Shown: positions 62,960-64,000 of the stretch, in pieces
Layout: every line of letters starts with the position of its first letter
How positions within the stretch are numbered: the stretch's first letter is position 1
Origin: Macrostomum lignano
Lineage: Eukaryota
Assembly (NCBI GenBank): GCA_002269645.1
Contig: NIVC01000353.1
Coordinates: forward strand, 434,001-498,000
Direction of reading: 5' to 3'
Length of the DNA stretch: 64,000 bases
Notes under the pieces: model-generated
Told to the model about the DNA's origin: nothing
The model's database searches: none
Seen by the model: the letters and a program-made list of their open reading frames with translations, nothing else
Position numbers and translations under genes: made by a program

Positions 62960-63159
62960 CTGCGTTTAATCAGCAAGATTTCATATCCATATATTTTATA
63001 TTCCACAGCGTTCTCCTCCAACGAGACTATAGGGCATAGCATGGAAAATGGTGAACTAACTGGGCGTGTCAAATTAGGCGTCCTTGAGATACTAGATCCG
63101 GTGTCTGAGAGACTTTCTATTTAGTGACCTTGAGGAGTGAAGGTGTCAGTCACTAAAGT

Positions 63160-63485
63160 GCAACACTGGGTGTCCATTGGACGTCTCTGAGGTGCAACAT
63201 TGGGTGTCTCTGAGGTGCAACATTCGGTGTCTCTAAGGTGCAACATTCGGTGTCTTTGAGGTGCAACATTGGGCGTCTCTGAGGTGCAACATTCGGTGTC
63301 TCTGAGGTGCAACATTCGGTGTCTTTGAGGTGCAACATTGGGCGTCTCTGAGGTGCAACATTCGGTGTCTCTGAGGTGCAACATTCGGTGTCTTTGAGGT
63401 GCAACATTGGGCGTCCTTGAGGTGCAAAATTGAATGTCCTTGAGGTGCGAAATTGGGTATCCTTGAGGTGCAGCACTGGATGCCT
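63160..63485. repeat. 23-bp minisatellite (TCTGAGGTGCAACATTCGGTGTC), probably in nAChR intron 1
   Basis: Directly visible. Confidence 0.94.
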
Positions 63486-64000
63486 TGAGAAGCTATATAA
63501 CGAACTCAATACTGACGCTCGCTGAAATCCCATTGACGCCCTTAGTCGCTCCTCTTCAACTTAAAAATCCGGTTGACTCATTATTCTCACATTTGTTAAA
63601 GCATACAGCGAAGGATTTTTACTCCTAGAAATCTCAACTCAACGCAGCCCAGCTCAGAACGGGATTTCAATGTACAGTGACGGAATTCATAGAAGCGTAG
63701 CTAATTCTCACCTCGCAATCAAATAAGTCCCGATCGTCTCTACCGATTATTATCGAAATCCTACTTGACAAAAAAGGGCTTTACAAAAATCCCCACCCAA
63801 ATCCTGGCAGCGAACGGGTGGGATCCAGATTTCTTTTCCCGGGAATCGAGGATTCTTGGGATTAGGGCAAGGGGGCGGAGCACCCCAAATATCCCTACAA
63901 AAACTAAATGAAAAAAGCAACCATGCTCACTGGAGGACAGGAGCTCCACTTTTGCCAAACTCTTGGATGTGACATTCTCTGGTCTTAGGAGACGGGGAGT

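Noticed and set aside
63761-63958. ORF as the nAChR signal-peptide exon
   Set aside because: No suitable ATG plus hydrophobic core plus phase-1 donor. Exon 1 probably lies outside the window.

Overview
Eukaryotic (animal) genomic DNA, very rich in repeats. The intron-filling minisatellites, RTE/Penelope elements and gene content suggest a flatworm such as Macrostomum, but this is inference only. Four host genes could be spliced by hand: the 5' part of Vps53 (-), an NHL-repeat protein (-), sepiapterin reductase (+) and most of a nicotinic acetylcholine receptor alpha subunit (-). Most of their introns carry a private tandem repeat. Mobile DNA includes an EnSpm/CACTA-type transposase with a BEN-like companion ORF, a decayed mariner, several MITE/foldback elements, RTE, Ty3/gypsy and OTU/Helitron-like fragments, and a near-complete Penelope-like element (PLE) with two hammerhead ribozymes. 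The most interesting region is about 27-51 kb. It holds a cluster of two-exon genes, not visible as single ORFs, encoding ~95-100 aa signal-peptide-bearing, strongly cationic proteins that I do not recognise. One member had its exon 2 duplicated around the PLE insertion: the proximal copy carries a premature stop and the distal copy is intact. No CRISPR array, rRNA or convincing tRNA was found. Several single-base frameshifts may be assembly errors.
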